A DNA stretch of 64,000 nt, from contig CM059452.1 in assembly GCA_030390025.1 (NCBI GenBank), forward strand, positions 7,378,001 through 7,442,000, given 5' to 3'. The DNA is from Squalus acanthias. Its lineage: Eukaryota. Position numbers and translations under genes: made by a program. Below the pieces are notes generated by a model, which saw only the letters and a list, made by a program, of their open reading frames with translations, searched no databases and was not told the DNA's origin. Below are positions 13,386 through 25,460 of this stretch, piece after piece (the first letter of the stretch is position 1; every line of letters begins with the position of its first letter).

Positions 13386-14076
13386 ACTTACTGGGAGACT
13401 GAGGGGCGTTTCCCAGGGTCAGGATTGGCTATTCTCTCAGAACCGACGACAGTTGTGCACCAATCAGTATTAGTTGTGATCCAGTTACTTTCTCTGCCTA
13501 TTTCTTTATATTCCTCGGTGTCTCTACCTCTCTCTTTATCCCGGTGTCTGTCTGTCTCTTTCTGTCTTTCGTTTGCTCTGTCTCTCCCTACCGTGTTCCA
13601 AGAAGGTGCAGAATATAGAGAAATCCAATTTGTCTCAATCTCTCGTTTCAACACAACAAAGTGCTTCATTGATAGTAGCAGTTATACTGGATGAAATATA
13701 ATAACCACAGCTTATAGTCGTGTTTGAAATGGCAGCAGTTACAGCAAAATCCAACCGTATATTCATTAGGTGGGAATAATGAGACAAATCTACATCCTTT
13801 GTATGTGGTATGGTTCCTAAGATTTGGAATCTATGTGGTTCCATCTTATTTTGATGAGATTCATTCATCAGTTATGTCTTGGATATTAAAAATAAACAAA
13901 GAAATCACCAGGATTTACACTTGAAGTTGTATATGATTTTCTGCATTAAAGTGCATAATAATAATTGTAATAAGAATGAGAATAGCAAGAAAAATGTGAC
14001 GTAATCGGGCAACAACATCCATCAGTAATTTGAGAATTCCGTGCTTTCCCAGGCAGAGGGCCGTTTACTTGACATC

Positions 14077-14093
14077 GCCACCAGAGGGAGCGC
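14077..14093 (+). promoter_or_regulatory. CTCF-like motif upstream of the V3 promoter
   Basis: GCCACCAGAGGGAGCGC. Confidence 0.6.
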
Positions 14094-14226
14094 CCTCATC
14101 GTGTTTGCGGTTTCACTGCAGCAAATCAATCGCAAGATCACAAGGTCGTTGAGGATGAGGATTTAATCCCCGTCAAGTTCTCTGTTGTAAGGAGAACACT
14201 CTCACTCCGTTCCCTGCTCCCCTCTC

Positions 14227-14380
14227 TGACGTCATGAATTGGAGAACAAAGGATCTGTGAGTTGATTGGTTGAATTTGAAAACAAAGGCGCTGTGAGTTG
14301 ATTGGATGAATTGGAGAAAAAATGTTCCGTGAGCTGATTGGATATCTCCTGCTCACTCTGCCAGGAATGAACCAATCGGC
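14227..14380 (+). promoter_or_regulatory. V3 promoter: CRE plus multiple CCAAT boxes
   Basis: Perfect TGACGTCA at 14227-14234 followed by several ATTGG/CCAAT motifs in short imperfect repeats. Confidence 0.6.
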
Positions 14381-14479
14381 AGAGAGACCGGATATTACTC
14401 AACATCTTCTCAACTCTTGATTAAGACAATTACAGGTTCAACCCGTTCTGTTCAAATCCACCATCAACTCCCTGCAAAC

Positions 14480-15000
14480 ATGTTGGCTGTTACTTTTTGT
14501 TTATTCGTCACAGCTGCAGCTCTCTTAACTGGTAATGTTTACAAGTTACACAATCTTTCTCCTGCAGGTGTCATTGACATCCTTTTAACAGCGTTTTCTC
14601 TCTATTTGCAATGGTTATTACGTCACCTTTATGATCTTAGTAATAATAAAAAGATGAAAAAGCTTAAAGTTCTGTATTTCTAAATTTCTGCAGGTGTAAG
14701 TGCTGCAGACTCGGTCTCACAGGGGCCGCTTGCAACGATACAGTTTGAAGGAGACTCAGTGACCATTAATTACACTTATTCGACCACTGCTCCTTCATAT
14801 TCCTTACAACTGTACCGTCAGGACCCCGACAAAGGGCCCACATTCCTAATCTACAGTCCTTTCTACGGAGATGTTTTCAAAGCAGAGGGCGCAGGGGCTC
14901 GATTTTCTGCATTTCTCGACACTTCGAAAAGCGTGGGGAATTTCACCATCCACGGCCTGCGGCTGTCTGACAGCGCGGTGTATCACTGCGGGCTGAGAGA
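14480..15000 (+). CDS. TRAV/DV: Atypical TCR alpha/delta V segment (V3), open frame, Cys23->Tyr and Trp41->Leu; leader 14480-14531, V exon 14694-15000
   Basis: MLAVTFCLFVTAAALLT|GVSAADSVSQ..VTINYTYS..SLQLYRQ..DSAVYHCGLR. Splice sites intact. Confidence 0.85.
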
Positions 15001-15039
15001 CACAGTGACAGGAACCAGAGGGAGCCTCGTACAAAAACA
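15001..15039 (+). promoter_or_regulatory. 23-RSS of V3
   Basis: CACAGTG-23 bp-ACAAAAACA. Confidence 0.92.
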
Positions 15040-15444
15040 TGTGACAAGGTGAGCAAAAGAGCGGGCAGTGTGGGGAGAAACGGGGACTGTCTGTACTTAT
15101 CACAGGAGTGTGTCCGTGAAAAATACAGATAAATCAATCGCTGTCCAAATTACAATACAGGACTAGAATAAAGGTTATTATTCATAATAATAATCTTGCT
15201 GTTAATTTCATAATAAGATGTTTGATTGGATAATGCTTACAATCCCTGTTCATGTAATGGGCACCTCAACTTTCAATCTTAGTGAAAAAAATATAAAACT
15301 TGTTCTCAGTGTCAGAATCGCACTCAGACCTGGCGCTCCAGTCGGCAGGAAATTAACTGAACGGAGGGGAAACATTCAGTAACGATTTAAGAAACCATAG
15401 AATCAAACACTTTCAGAACAATGCGGTCGCTCCTGAAATGTGAC

Positions 15445-16038
15445 CCCGTGCGAGCTGTGGGATCACGTGACTCAGTTAGAGCCAATGGCAGCACACCATC
15501 TTCCATTCATAAGTCTCACAGCATGGCTGTTAAATCTATGAATCTTACACCCCCCCAAAATAACAGCTAAACCTCAATTAAATTAAAAAAAAAAACCCAT
15601 CACATTAATAAAATAAGTATAGTTAATTAAATTAACCATTTTAAATAAAAAATTAAATTTTTGAAAAAATTTAAAATCTTTTAAAAAGTTATAAAAATAA
15701 ACTTACCTGTCTTTAATGTCTCTAAAAAAGATATACCTGTAAAAAAAAATTCAAAAAAATACTTAATTCACTACTTACCTTCTTAAAAGCGGGTCTTACT
15801 CCTCCTTTTTACATTTCCAAAATCTTCCCTACTTACCTGCGCGTCCAAAGCATGAAGTGCACAGCGTGCGCGCAGCCTGTAGCGCGCACGCGATGCACCC
15901 AGGCCCCGCCCCCTTTTCAGAAGAGCAATTGCCGGTTTTCAGCGCATGCGCAGGGCATGCAGAAAACCGGCAATTGGAGTGGGAATACGCGAGAGTACGC
16001 AGTGCGTACTCTCGCGTCCCGGGATCAATTTTCGGCCC
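15445..16038. mobile_element. Partial MITE (left end lost) inserted into V4
   Basis: Homologous to 16726-17487. Right TIR AATTTTCGGCCC abuts V4 FR1. Confidence 0.7.
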
Positions 16039-16283
16039 TTCAGCGCTTGTTTTCAAGTTGCAGGTTAGTGAGATTTTACTTCCCTCTTCAATCGTCCCTT
16101 CGGGAACAGGCTGTTCCACTGTGATATAAAATAATAGTAAAAGTGATTATTATCATCATCATCACTTGACTAATAGTAACATTTGGGTTTCAGCAGTCAG
16201 GGGGAGAATGGATTTTAGCTGGTAAGGAAATACTTACTGAGAAGTGATATAATGACGAGGAGCGGTGCGAGACGGTTCCGCAT
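16039..16283 (-). pseudogene. Truncated TCR V pseudogene (V4, V12 family)
   Basis: Leader MRNRLAPLLVIISLL (16283-16238), then VEQPVPEGTIEEGSKISLTCNLKTSA, then the MITE. No FR2/FR3 and no RSS. Confidence 0.8.
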
Positions 16284-16725
16284 GATGGTTCCTGAGTCTC
16301 TAACTCTGCAGTCCGGGAACTCCTCTGTCGGAGCATAAATCCAGATCCCCGCACCACTGCACTGCTGATCCAACAAATGCCAAACAGGCAACAGCGGCAG
16401 CAATCTCTCCAATCACACAGGGCAGACAAGGCGGGTCAGAGCGAGAGCAGCAAACGGAAACTGTGGGCGGGGCTGCCGCTGACTCAAAATTGAGCGAATT
16501 CAAGTCTCTGTAATCGCAGAAAGTGCGCGGCGCCGCCTTGCTGCACTCGGAGCTGATGGAGCGGAAAAGGCGATGGTTGTGTCTCGAGAAGTCTGTGGTC
16601 AACTTCTCCTGTTCACTGAGCAAGTGAATGGAATAAATAGAGGTGGAGGGAAATGAAGGAATTGCACAGCTTCAGAAATAATGACCGGGTTTAGTCAGCT
16701 CCAATCTGGAGTTTTGAGACACAAT

Positions 16726-17487
16726 GGCCCAGAAATTGGAGTTCGATGGTTGCCGCGGGGGTAAGGATCCCCCGCGATATCGCACTCAGCGCCTACCTTT
16801 ATGGTTTTGGCCCACACGAACTTCAGTTCCTGGGCCTCTCCCTGGTGCCGGCGCGCAGTGTGTCCGTGTCCCAGAGGCGCAGTTAATTCGATGCGACCTC
16901 TGGGATCACGTGGGCCAGTTAGAGCCAATGGCAGCACACCATCTTTCATTCATAGTTTTGACAGCAAGTGCTGTCAAAACTATGAATACAACAAGCCCCC
17001 AAAAGAACAGCTAAACCTCAATTCAATTTTTAAAAAGCCATCACATTAATAAAATAACTATAGTTAAATAAATTAACCACTTTAAACAAAAATTTAAATT
17101 TTTGAAAAAATTTAAATTCTTTTTAAAAGTTATAAAATTAAACTTACCTTTCTTTAAAGTCTCTAAAAAAGATAAACCTGTTGAAATTTTTTTAAATAAT
17201 ACTTAATTAACTACTTACCTTGTTAAAAGGGGGTCTTACGCCTGCTTTCTTTATGTGTAAAATCTTCACCACTTACCTGCGCGTTCAAATCTGAAAACAA
17301 ACTAAGTGCGCTGCGTGCGCACAACTTGTAGTGCGCACGCGGTTCACTTAGGAACCGCCCCCTTCGCAATACCCGAAGTGCCGGTTTCCCGCGTATATGC
17401 AGTGCATGCAGGAAACCGGCACTTCGGGACCTAATACGCGAGAGTACACAATGCGTACTCTCCCGCATTAGGTCTAATTTTCGGGCC
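16726..17487. mobile_element. Non-autonomous DNA transposon (MITE), PIF/Harbinger-like
   Basis: Imperfect TIRs GGCCCAGAAATT and AATTTTCGGGCC, 3-bp TSD AAT (16723-16725, 17488-17490), AT-rich core. Confidence 0.72.
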
Positions 17488-17536
17488 AATGTTGTTCTGG
17501 TATCAGAGCGGGAGACTCCCATCTAAACCAGACACC

Positions 17537-17886
17537 ATGTGCTCCCCATGTTTCTGCTGGTCCTGTTGCCCGGTGAGTCTATGTTTAAAGGATCGTATGT
17601 ATTGCATGGGTTATATTTACTCCCAGACGTTGGACACATTTTGTACTTTTTTTTGTTACAACGGCGAAGCCTCATTGTCCCAGGATCCACCTGAATTAAC
17701 GGTTCAGGAAGGACAGACCTTAATACTGAACTCTAGTTACTCCACAGCCGATAGATTTCCCTACCTCTTCTGGTACAACCAGCATCCGGGGGAAGATCTG
17801 AAATATTTAATGAGGAGATACAAATCGGGGCAGGGAGACAAGGCTCCAGATTTCCCAGGACCGCTTCTTCGCTGATTTGGGCAAAG
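17537..17886 (+). pseudogene. TCR V pseudogene (V5, V2/V9 family)
   Basis: Leader carries a deletion, acceptor AG is lost, Cys23->Ser, frameshift in FR3, 3' end and RSS missing. Confidence 0.82.
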
Positions 17887-18015
17887 ACACAGACACGAAT
17901 ACAAATCGTTGAAATAGAAACCTGACGGTCTTTCGTCTCAGTGGGTTTGGGATCAAATTAACCCCATAGATAACAGCACAAAACAACACTTAATGGAGCT
18001 GTAAATTCTCGCTGA

Positions 18016-18054
18016 GGTTTTTGTACGGGACCTTTGCTTTTATCTAACGCTGTG
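18016..18054 (-). promoter_or_regulatory. 23-RSS of V6
   Basis: CACAGCG-23 bp-ACAAAAACC. Confidence 0.9.
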
Positions 18055-18551
18055 CCTCACTGCACAGTAATAGACCGCCCCGTCCTCCACACTCAGGCCG
18101 CTTATATTGAGGTAACCGTACTTTCTGGTCTTGTCAACAGCCGCCAGATATTGTCCTGAGGTTTCCTCTCCCTTCAGTGCTACTGCTTTGCTAATTATCC
18201 AGCTTGGAGGCTGTGCCGGTTTCTGCCGATACCATTGCATGTAGTCAATATCCGGGCTTTTATATTCACAATCTAACTGCACGGAACCCCCTGTTGACAC
18301 GGCAATTTTCACCGGAGACTGAGTTACTGGATCTGCACACAGTCCGCCTGTGAAGATAGGGGAACAGAAGAGCAGAAGATTAAATCGAAACTTGTATGAG
18401 AGTGTGTAACCCTCCATCTACACAGCTGTCCATCATGTGGATATGTTTGATCGGTAATTGCATTAAATCCCTGCACAATCTCTTTGCATCAATCTTTCAA
18501 AATAATCCAATACTTACTGTTCAACACAGCCGCCAGTATTATTAGAAACAT
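18055..18551 (-). CDS. TRAV/DV: TCR alpha-like V segment (V6), open frame; leader 18551-18518, V exon 18347-18055
   Basis: MFLIILAAVLN|SGLCADPVTQSP..LDCEY..MQWYRQ..DGAVYYCAVR. Confidence 0.9.
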
Positions 18552-18748
18552 GTCTGATTGAATCTCTCACAGTGACTTGGAATTGAATGAGGCAGAGATT
18601 GAGAAGGAGAGCGGTAATCCGGGCTGTTCAGTTCATTGTTCCACCCACACACTACAGGGGGCGGCCCCATTGTGACCTCATTCAGGCTTCGATTGTTGTT
18701 GGCTTTGGCGTTTATTTCACGTGACTTTCTAATTACCATTCTTGAGTT

Positions 18749-18766
18749 TGGCGCCCTCTGCTGGCG
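18749..18766 (-). promoter_or_regulatory. CTCF-binding motif upstream of V6
   Basis: CGCCAGCAGAGGGCGCCA on the minus strand. Confidence 0.75.
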
Positions 18767-19233
18767 CATTGTGTAACATTGGGCTTAGAATGAGGTCATT
18801 GAGGGGATTTAGGGCTTTTGGTCATATATAAAAACACGATTGCCAGCTATTGACTCTCGAAGAGCAAGATTATAGCTGGTCACAGCCGCTCATCATTCCT
18901 GATGCGGTGTAATCCCTTAATTATGCTCTCACTCTATTTCTTCCCAGTTGCTTGCTCAGTAAGCAAGAGTAGTTTGACCACAGGCGTCATGAAGTGACGA
19001 ACAAAGGAGCTATGAGCTGAGTGGGTGAATTGGAGAACAAAGCAGCTGTGAGTTGTTTGGAAGAATTGGAGTAAAAAGGAGCTGTGAGCTGCCTGAATCT
19101 CACTTGCTGACTCTGTCAGGAATGAACCAATCGACAGAGACGCCGGATATCATTCAACACCTTCCCAAGTCTTGACTAAAATGTTTCAGGTTTAACCCGT
19201 TCTGTTCAAATCTGTTATCAACTCTCTGCAAAC

Positions 19234-19795
19234 TTGTTAGGAGTTACTTTTTATTCATTCATCACAGATGCGGCTCTCTTAACTGGTAAAGTTTACAAGT
19301 TACACAATCTTCCCTCTTGTGAGTGCCATAGAGAATCTTCCTTTTCCCTGTATTTTCTCGCTATTTCTTGTATATTCCATCACCTTGATGCTATCAGTTA
19401 TTTAAAAAATGATAATAAAAGTTTAAAGTTCTGTAATTCTAAATTTCTGTCGGTGTTAGTTGTGCGGACTCGGTCTCACAGGGGCCGCTTGCAGAGATGC
19501 AGTTTGAAGGTGTCTCGGTGACCATTAATTACAGCTATTCGATCACTGCTCCTTCACATTCCTTACAACTGTACCGTCAGGACCGCGACAAAGGGCCCAC
19601 ATTGCTGATCTATATCCCTTCCTACGGAGATGTTTTCAAAGCAGAGGGCGCGGGGGCTCGATTTTCTGCATCTCTCGACACTTCGAGAAGTGAGGGGAAT
19701 TTCACCATCGGCGGCCTGCGGCTGTCTGACGCGGTGCATCACTGCGGGCTGAGAGACACAGTGACAGGAACCAGAAGGGGGCCCGTACAAACACA
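19234..19795 (+). pseudogene. TCR V pseudogene (V7), duplicate of V3, with RSS
   Basis: ATG->TTG, mutated acceptor and indels. Retains NYSYS and LQLYRQ. RSS CACAGTG-23-ACAAACACA at 19757-19795. Confidence 0.85.
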
Positions 19796-20506
19796 CTGCC
19801 GGAACATGACAAGGTGAGCGGGATAGCGGTCAGTGTGGAGAGAAACGGGGACTGTCAGTACTTCTCACAGGAGAGTGTCTATATAAAAAGAGAGAAATCA
19901 GCAACAATCCAATTGACAGTACAGAACAGGAAACATCATGTTTATTATTCATAAAAATAATCGTGCTGCTAATTTCATAATAGATATTCGATGGGACGGT
20001 GCTTCCAAACCCTTTTCATGTAATGGGCACCTCAACTTTCAAAGTTAGTGAAACAAATATAAACCAGTTCTCGTTCAGTGTCAGAATCGCACTCAGACCT
20101 GGCGCTCCAGTCGGCAGGAAATGAACTGAACGGAGGGAACACATTCAGTGACGATGTAATAAACCATCGAGGAGTCAAAACCCCTTCAGAACAAAGAAGT
20201 CTCGGCTGAACTGTGACCCCGCGAGACTCCCATTCCCCAGCTGGTGCGCAAACTCAGAGAAAACTGTCCAGAAAACAGGCAAAAGAGCAACAGTCAATAG
20301 TCTGAAGATGAAGGTGGCAGTGATTCAGGAGAGACAGTTCCCAGTGAGTAACAGGGAAAACAACGCGGAAACTGCACAGACTGAACCCAACCGACAAATG
20401 AGAGACTTTGGGAACAGTTCTCAGGATGGCCGGAACCGCAAACAGCACAAAGTGAGCCTTATATCCGGCTTCAGCAGGCGGAGCCTCTGATCTACAAAGC
20501 GGCGGG

Positions 20507-20687
20507 AGTTTCTGTACCAGGGTTTAACTGGTTTCCATCAGTGTGGTCTCAGGGCGCAGTAATAAACTGCAGTGTCGGTCAGCTGCAGCCCCGAGATGGT
20601 TAAACTGGTGAATTGATGAAATGTGTTTGGTCCACAATTACCTGTCAGAAATGCCCCCCACACAGCCCAGATGCTGAGTAGCCGCAT
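20507..20687 (-). pseudogene. Internally deleted TCR V (V8, V13 family): leader joined to FR3 end, RSS retained
   Basis: Leader 20687-20642. Intron start is fused to FTSLTISGLQLTDTAVYYCALR. RSS CACACTG-23-ACAGAAACT at 20545-20507. Confidence 0.85.
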
Positions 20688-21217
20688 TGTCGCTGTCCGC
20701 TCTGTAAAAGGGGGGTTGGATATTTGAGGACACCGTTCTAATCCCCGCCCTCAATAATCTGCTGTCGTGTCTCAGGATGCTCTCACCTCACTTCCTGGTG
20801 TCCCCAGTGGTGCTGTGAGACCGGTAGGTGGTGAGCTGGCTGCCAGTGAATGGAAACACCCCGAGCTGGGCTACAGTCAGTGTCCTTATAGGGGAATGGT
20901 TCCGCTTTTAGAGACTGGGATGGAAATGAAACCCTTGTCTGGTTATTGTAACCCGGAACCTCGGGATTGTTAATGGTGACAGAAAACATTCCAGCATTAA
21001 AGAGACATTCTGAAGGAGAATGGGCATTGGGGGAACTCTGTGATTGGTGCTTGTTTTAAAGAGCGCAGTCACTACCTTGTGAAATCTGTCCATTGTGTAT
21101 AAACTGTCTCTGGCCCAGCAACGTACTCTGATCAAATAAACCCTGTTTACAGGACCGGGAGACTGACAGGAGAGATGAGTAAAGGACTGCACAATATTGC
21201 AGGCAAGGAATGTGCAT

Positions 21218-21722
21218 CATAGAATCCTACTGCGCAGAAGGGCCCGTCGTGCCGGCTCTTTGAAAGAGCAGTCCAATTTAGCCCCACACCCCAGCTTCTT
21301 CTCCTTAACCCTGCAAACTAGTTCTCTTGAAGTACATGTTTAGTTGCCTTTTGAAAGTTCCGATCGAATCTGATTCCACAACCCTTTCAGGTAATGCATT
21401 CCAGATCTTAACAACCTTCTGGTGAAGAAATGTCTCCTCATTTCCCCTCTAGTTCTTTTGTCAATTATTTTAAATCTGTAACCTCTGGTTACTGACCCAC
21501 TTCTCAGAGGAATCAGGTTCTCCCGATTTGCTCTCATATTTTTGGACACCTATATTAGGTCTCCCCATGAACTTCTCTGCTCTAAGTAGAAGAATCCCAG
21601 CTTCTCCAATCTCTCCATATAACTGAACTCCCTCATCCCTGGCATCATCCAGGTAAACCTCCTCTGTACCGTCTCCAGGGCCTTGACATCCTTCCTAAGC
21701 TGTGGTGCCCAGAATTGTACAC
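21218..21722 (-). mobile_element. CR1 LINE 3' fragment
   Basis: CVQFWAP.LRKDV.ALE.VQRRFT and TRG.RFK motifs. Confidence 0.85.
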
Positions 21723-21920
21723 AATGGAGAAATGGCAAAAGGGGAGTTAAGGCGTCACAGACATAATTTGTGAAGTTCATTTTTATTATAAATACGAGTT
21801 TACATCACCAAAAAAATTCCGCCAGTGGACCTGACCTGTAGTTGTTGAGAGTTGTGTTTTGTTTCTGTTTTCAGAGGGTCCCTGTGGAGGCTGAATGATC
21901 GCTGCTGTTTATCGGTGTGA

Positions 21921-21937
21921 GAGCGCCCTCTGGTGAG
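21921..21937 (-). promoter_or_regulatory. CTCF-binding motif about 24 bp 3' of the V9 RSS
   Basis: CTCACCAGAGGGCGCTC on the minus strand. Confidence 0.7.
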
Positions 21938-21960
21938 CGATAACTGGAACTCTCAGTGTG

Positions 21961-21999
21961 GGTTTTTGTACGGGACCGCTCTATCTCTGTAGCAGTGTG
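21961..21999 (-). promoter_or_regulatory. 23-RSS of V9
   Basis: CACACTG-23 bp-ACAAAAACC. Confidence 0.88.
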
Positions 22000-22431
22000 G
22001 GGTTCATGGCACAGAAATACACGGCGCTGTCGGAGACAAGAACCGTGGTGATATTTAAAGGAACGGTTTTGATTTCTTTGTGCAAAACAGCAGAGAACCT
22101 GTCTGGTAAATCTGGAGACTGATCTCCCGACCCCGAGCTATATCTCTTCAGTAAATATCTCGGAGCTTCACCGGGATACTGAATGTACCAGAACAGAGTT
22201 GAACCAGCTTCCGAATAACTGCAGTTCAGTATTACGGTCTGTCCCTCCTGAACCGCTAATTCAGACGGATCCTGGGACACTGATTCTTTGCCACTCGTAC
22301 CTGTAACAAAACACAGAATGTATCAAAAGTCTGGGAGTGAGTATAACCCTTGGAACACACACTGATCATTTAAACATAGACTCACCGGGCAGCACGACCA
22401 TTATTATCAGTAAGGAACACGGGGAGCACAT
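22000..22431 (-). CDS. TRAV/DV: TCR alpha/delta V segment (V9), open frame, paralog of V2; leader 22431-22386, V exon 22300-22000
   Basis: MCSPCSLLIIMVVLP|GTSGKESVSQD..LNCSYS..FWYIQ..DSAVYFCAMN. Confidence 0.9.
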
Positions 22432-23367
22432 GGTGTCTGGTTTAGATTTAGACAGAAAATAGCAGATCGTTTTAAATATGTTGACCCTTCTGTTCTTATA
22501 TTAAAGAGTAAACTCAGATCAGGGGCAGACCTCACTTATTGGGAGACTGAGGGGCGTTTCCCAGGGACAGGATTGGCTGGTATCTCAGAACTGACACCAG
22601 CTGTGCACCAATCAGTGTTAGTTGTGGACCAATTACCGATGCCTCCCGACAAACCCTTTCCTTGCCTAGCTATGCGAGTATCCATCTCGCTCTGTCTCGC
22701 TCTCTCTCTCTCTCTCTCTCTCCTTCTTCTGTCTCGGTGTCACCCACTGTTTAATTTGGTGTCATTCTCTTTCCCTTTCTCTCTGTCTGTCTGTCTGTCT
22801 CTCTCTCTATTTCGGTGTCACTCACTCTGTTTAACTTTGTTTCTCTCTCACTTTCTCTCTCTCTCTCTCTTTCTCTCTTTCTCTCAGTAAGGTGTAAAGC
22901 GAAATATAATCTAAACCAGTCTCTATCACCGGTATCACTGAGTCCTCTCCACAGCTAATGAGCTCCATTGTTAGTCATAGCCTCAAGATTACGAGGGACA
23001 TGACAAGTGGACAGCCCTCGGCACCTGTGAGAAAGCTTTTAAAATGTGATCTTCTGGATCTGTACCACTTCCAGGACTTTTACTTTTAGTGCTTGATCCT
23101 GTTATTCATCCCAGAAATCTGAAGGTCTGTGCTAACACTGGGGGTGGAAATATCTGAATTTGACCCTGTGTTAAAATGGTTGAGAAATTTCTCTTATCCC
23201 AACACTGACAGCAATGACTTTAACTGGAGAAACCCGAACGTATCAGGCTGTATTTTCCTAATCATTTTCTGTACAACCTCTCGTGGAGTCAATCCCTGGT
23301 ATGTTCCTGAGGTGCAGCACGACAACCCACCCCATCTCACCCCCTTCCCCTATGTCGACCTGTGCCA

Positions 23368-23889
23368 TGTTTTTGTATGAGGGCCGAGGGATCCTTATTC
23401 ACTGTGGGTCTCAGGGCACAGTAATACACGGCGCTGTCTGTGACCTTCAAGCTTTCAAGGATAAGTGAAAAGTGCCGTGTGTCCGGTTGGGATTCCCGCT
23501 GAAGTGTTCAAAACCCGGAGCTGTCTCGTTATTCCCATAACTATCGGCTCTGAGCAGATACTGAGGGGCTTGTTTGGGGAACTGTCGATACCAGAATAGG
23601 TTATAGAATGTAGCTGATCCCGATACAGAGTAACTGCAGGTTATTGCTGAATCTGCACCCTCTTCTGATCCGACTCCTTGTTCTGACTGGAACACCGAGT
23701 CTCCGTTACTCGTCTCTGAAAATAAACAGCGGGCACACAGCGGGTTAGACGGAGTAACAGAAAGAGAATAATCTCCCGGAGATGGAGATGGGAAATTGTC
23801 TGAGCAATTGGGAATGTTGTAGGAAGGCTCCAATATCACCCACCTGTGATCAGGACAATAACCAGAGTTAGGCAGAGTGTCACTTCCAT
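23368..23889 (-). pseudogene. TCR V (V10) with a single frameshift in FR3 and an intact RSS
   Basis: Leader MEVTLCLTLVIVLIT (23889-23844), V exon from 23715. One base is missing near 23450, before LKVTDSAVYYCALR. RSS CACAGTG-23-ACAAAAACA at 23406-23368. Confidence 0.85.
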
Positions 23890-24076
23890 GGTTCCAGTCT
23901 GAACTCCAGAAACAAGAGACTGTGATCACTGCTTGTACCGGGCCTGGAACGGGAAGAACTGAAACAGCGCGGTGATCTCATCAGATCGGCTGGGATTTCT
24001 TCTCCCCGCCCATTTGTATCCCTCGAACCAACCACTTCCTGTAGTTGGGGATCATGTCCTTTAGCAAGTGATCAGA

Positions 24077-24094
24077 GAGCGCCCTCCTGTGGAC
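24077..24094 (-). promoter_or_regulatory. CTCF-like motif
   Basis: GTCCACAGGAGGGCGCTC on the minus strand. Confidence 0.6.
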
Positions 24095-24292
24095 AGTACA
24101 GGCTTGACGTACTGCATTGGAAACACAGACACAGACATATACATACATATCACATACAGATATATACATACACACATACACACTGATATATACACATACA
24201 AACACATACACACACGTAAAGAAATATGCATGCACATAGACACACACACAAACATTGACATACACACAGACTGGTGCACGCAGAGACACATT

Positions 24293-24618
24293 TTTTAATT
24301 AGTTCCAGGATGTGGGCGTCACTGGCAATGCCAGCATTTATTGCCCATCCCTAATTGCCCTTGAGAAGGGGGTGGTGAGCCGCCTTCTTGAACCGCTGCA
24401 TTCCTTGTGGTGAAGGTACTCCCACAATGCTATTAGGGAGGGAGTTCCAGGATTTTGACCCAGTGACGATGAAGGAACGGTGATATATTTCCAAGTCAGG
24501 ATGGTGTGTGACTTGGAGGGGTACATGCAGCTGATGGTGTTCCCATGCATCTGCTGCCCCTGTCCTTCTAGGTGGTAGAGGTCGAGGGTTTGGGAGGTGC
24601 TGCCGAAGGAGCCTTGGT
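24293..24618 (-). mobile_element. CR1-clade LINE 3' fragment within CA-rich simple repeats
   Basis: Homologous to 446-775. Confidence 0.85.
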
Positions 24619-24907
24619 CAGTTTATGCATTCACATACACATACACAGACATATGCGCACACAGACATATACACACAGAGACACAAACACAGAATCATAC
24701 TCACAGACATAAACAGAGCCAAATACACACACACAGACATATACACACAGAGATATAAACACAGACATATACGTACACACTGACATATACATGCACCCAC
24801 GTGTCAAAGTGATCCCAGATACACAAAATGGTTAAATGCTTGGAGGTTATTGATGTATATTCAGCTGAAAGTTGTTTCAGACGAATGACCTTGAACAAGT
24901 GATCAGA

Positions 24908-24925
24908 GAGCGCCCTCCAGTGTCC
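24908..24925 (-). promoter_or_regulatory. CTCF-like motif (local duplicate of the 24077 site)
   Basis: GGACACTGGAGGGCGCTC on the minus strand; shares the flank CAAGTGATCAGAGAGCGCCCTCC. Confidence 0.55.
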
Positions 24926-25460
24926 ACTACGACATAGAGCATTGGAAACAAACAGGGAGACGCATATACCGACATCCTCAGATAAACACACACAAATGCA
25001 GACAAAACGTTCGAGAGTAAACTGTCGTTAATTGGAGTTCCGAGTTAGTGACATTGAGACAACATCGTGTCAGGTTTTATCTATCTAATGGAACATTTTC
25101 CACCAGCAAGAAAACCCTAAAATCGATTCCTCATTAACCGTGAGCATCGGTTTCAAAACACCGGTAATGGTCAGGCAGAATCCTCATCTATCCCGGGATC
25201 AGATGATCAGATGTGCGGGACAAAGCAGAACAGCTCACGGAGCCTGTGTGCCGGGGCCGCGGGCAGTGATGATGAACACAGACAGCGACAATGATCACCG
25301 GCAGCTCATTGAAACCACGCTCTTGGTTTGATTTAGGAAATGACGGGACTCCGTGTGCTGACAGAAACACTTCAAATTCTCCGCTTCAGTCCGAGAGCTG
25401 CAACTGAGAGGAGGCACCGGGTGAAGTGCGGGCTCCCGGTGTGGGGAGACTGCGGCCATT

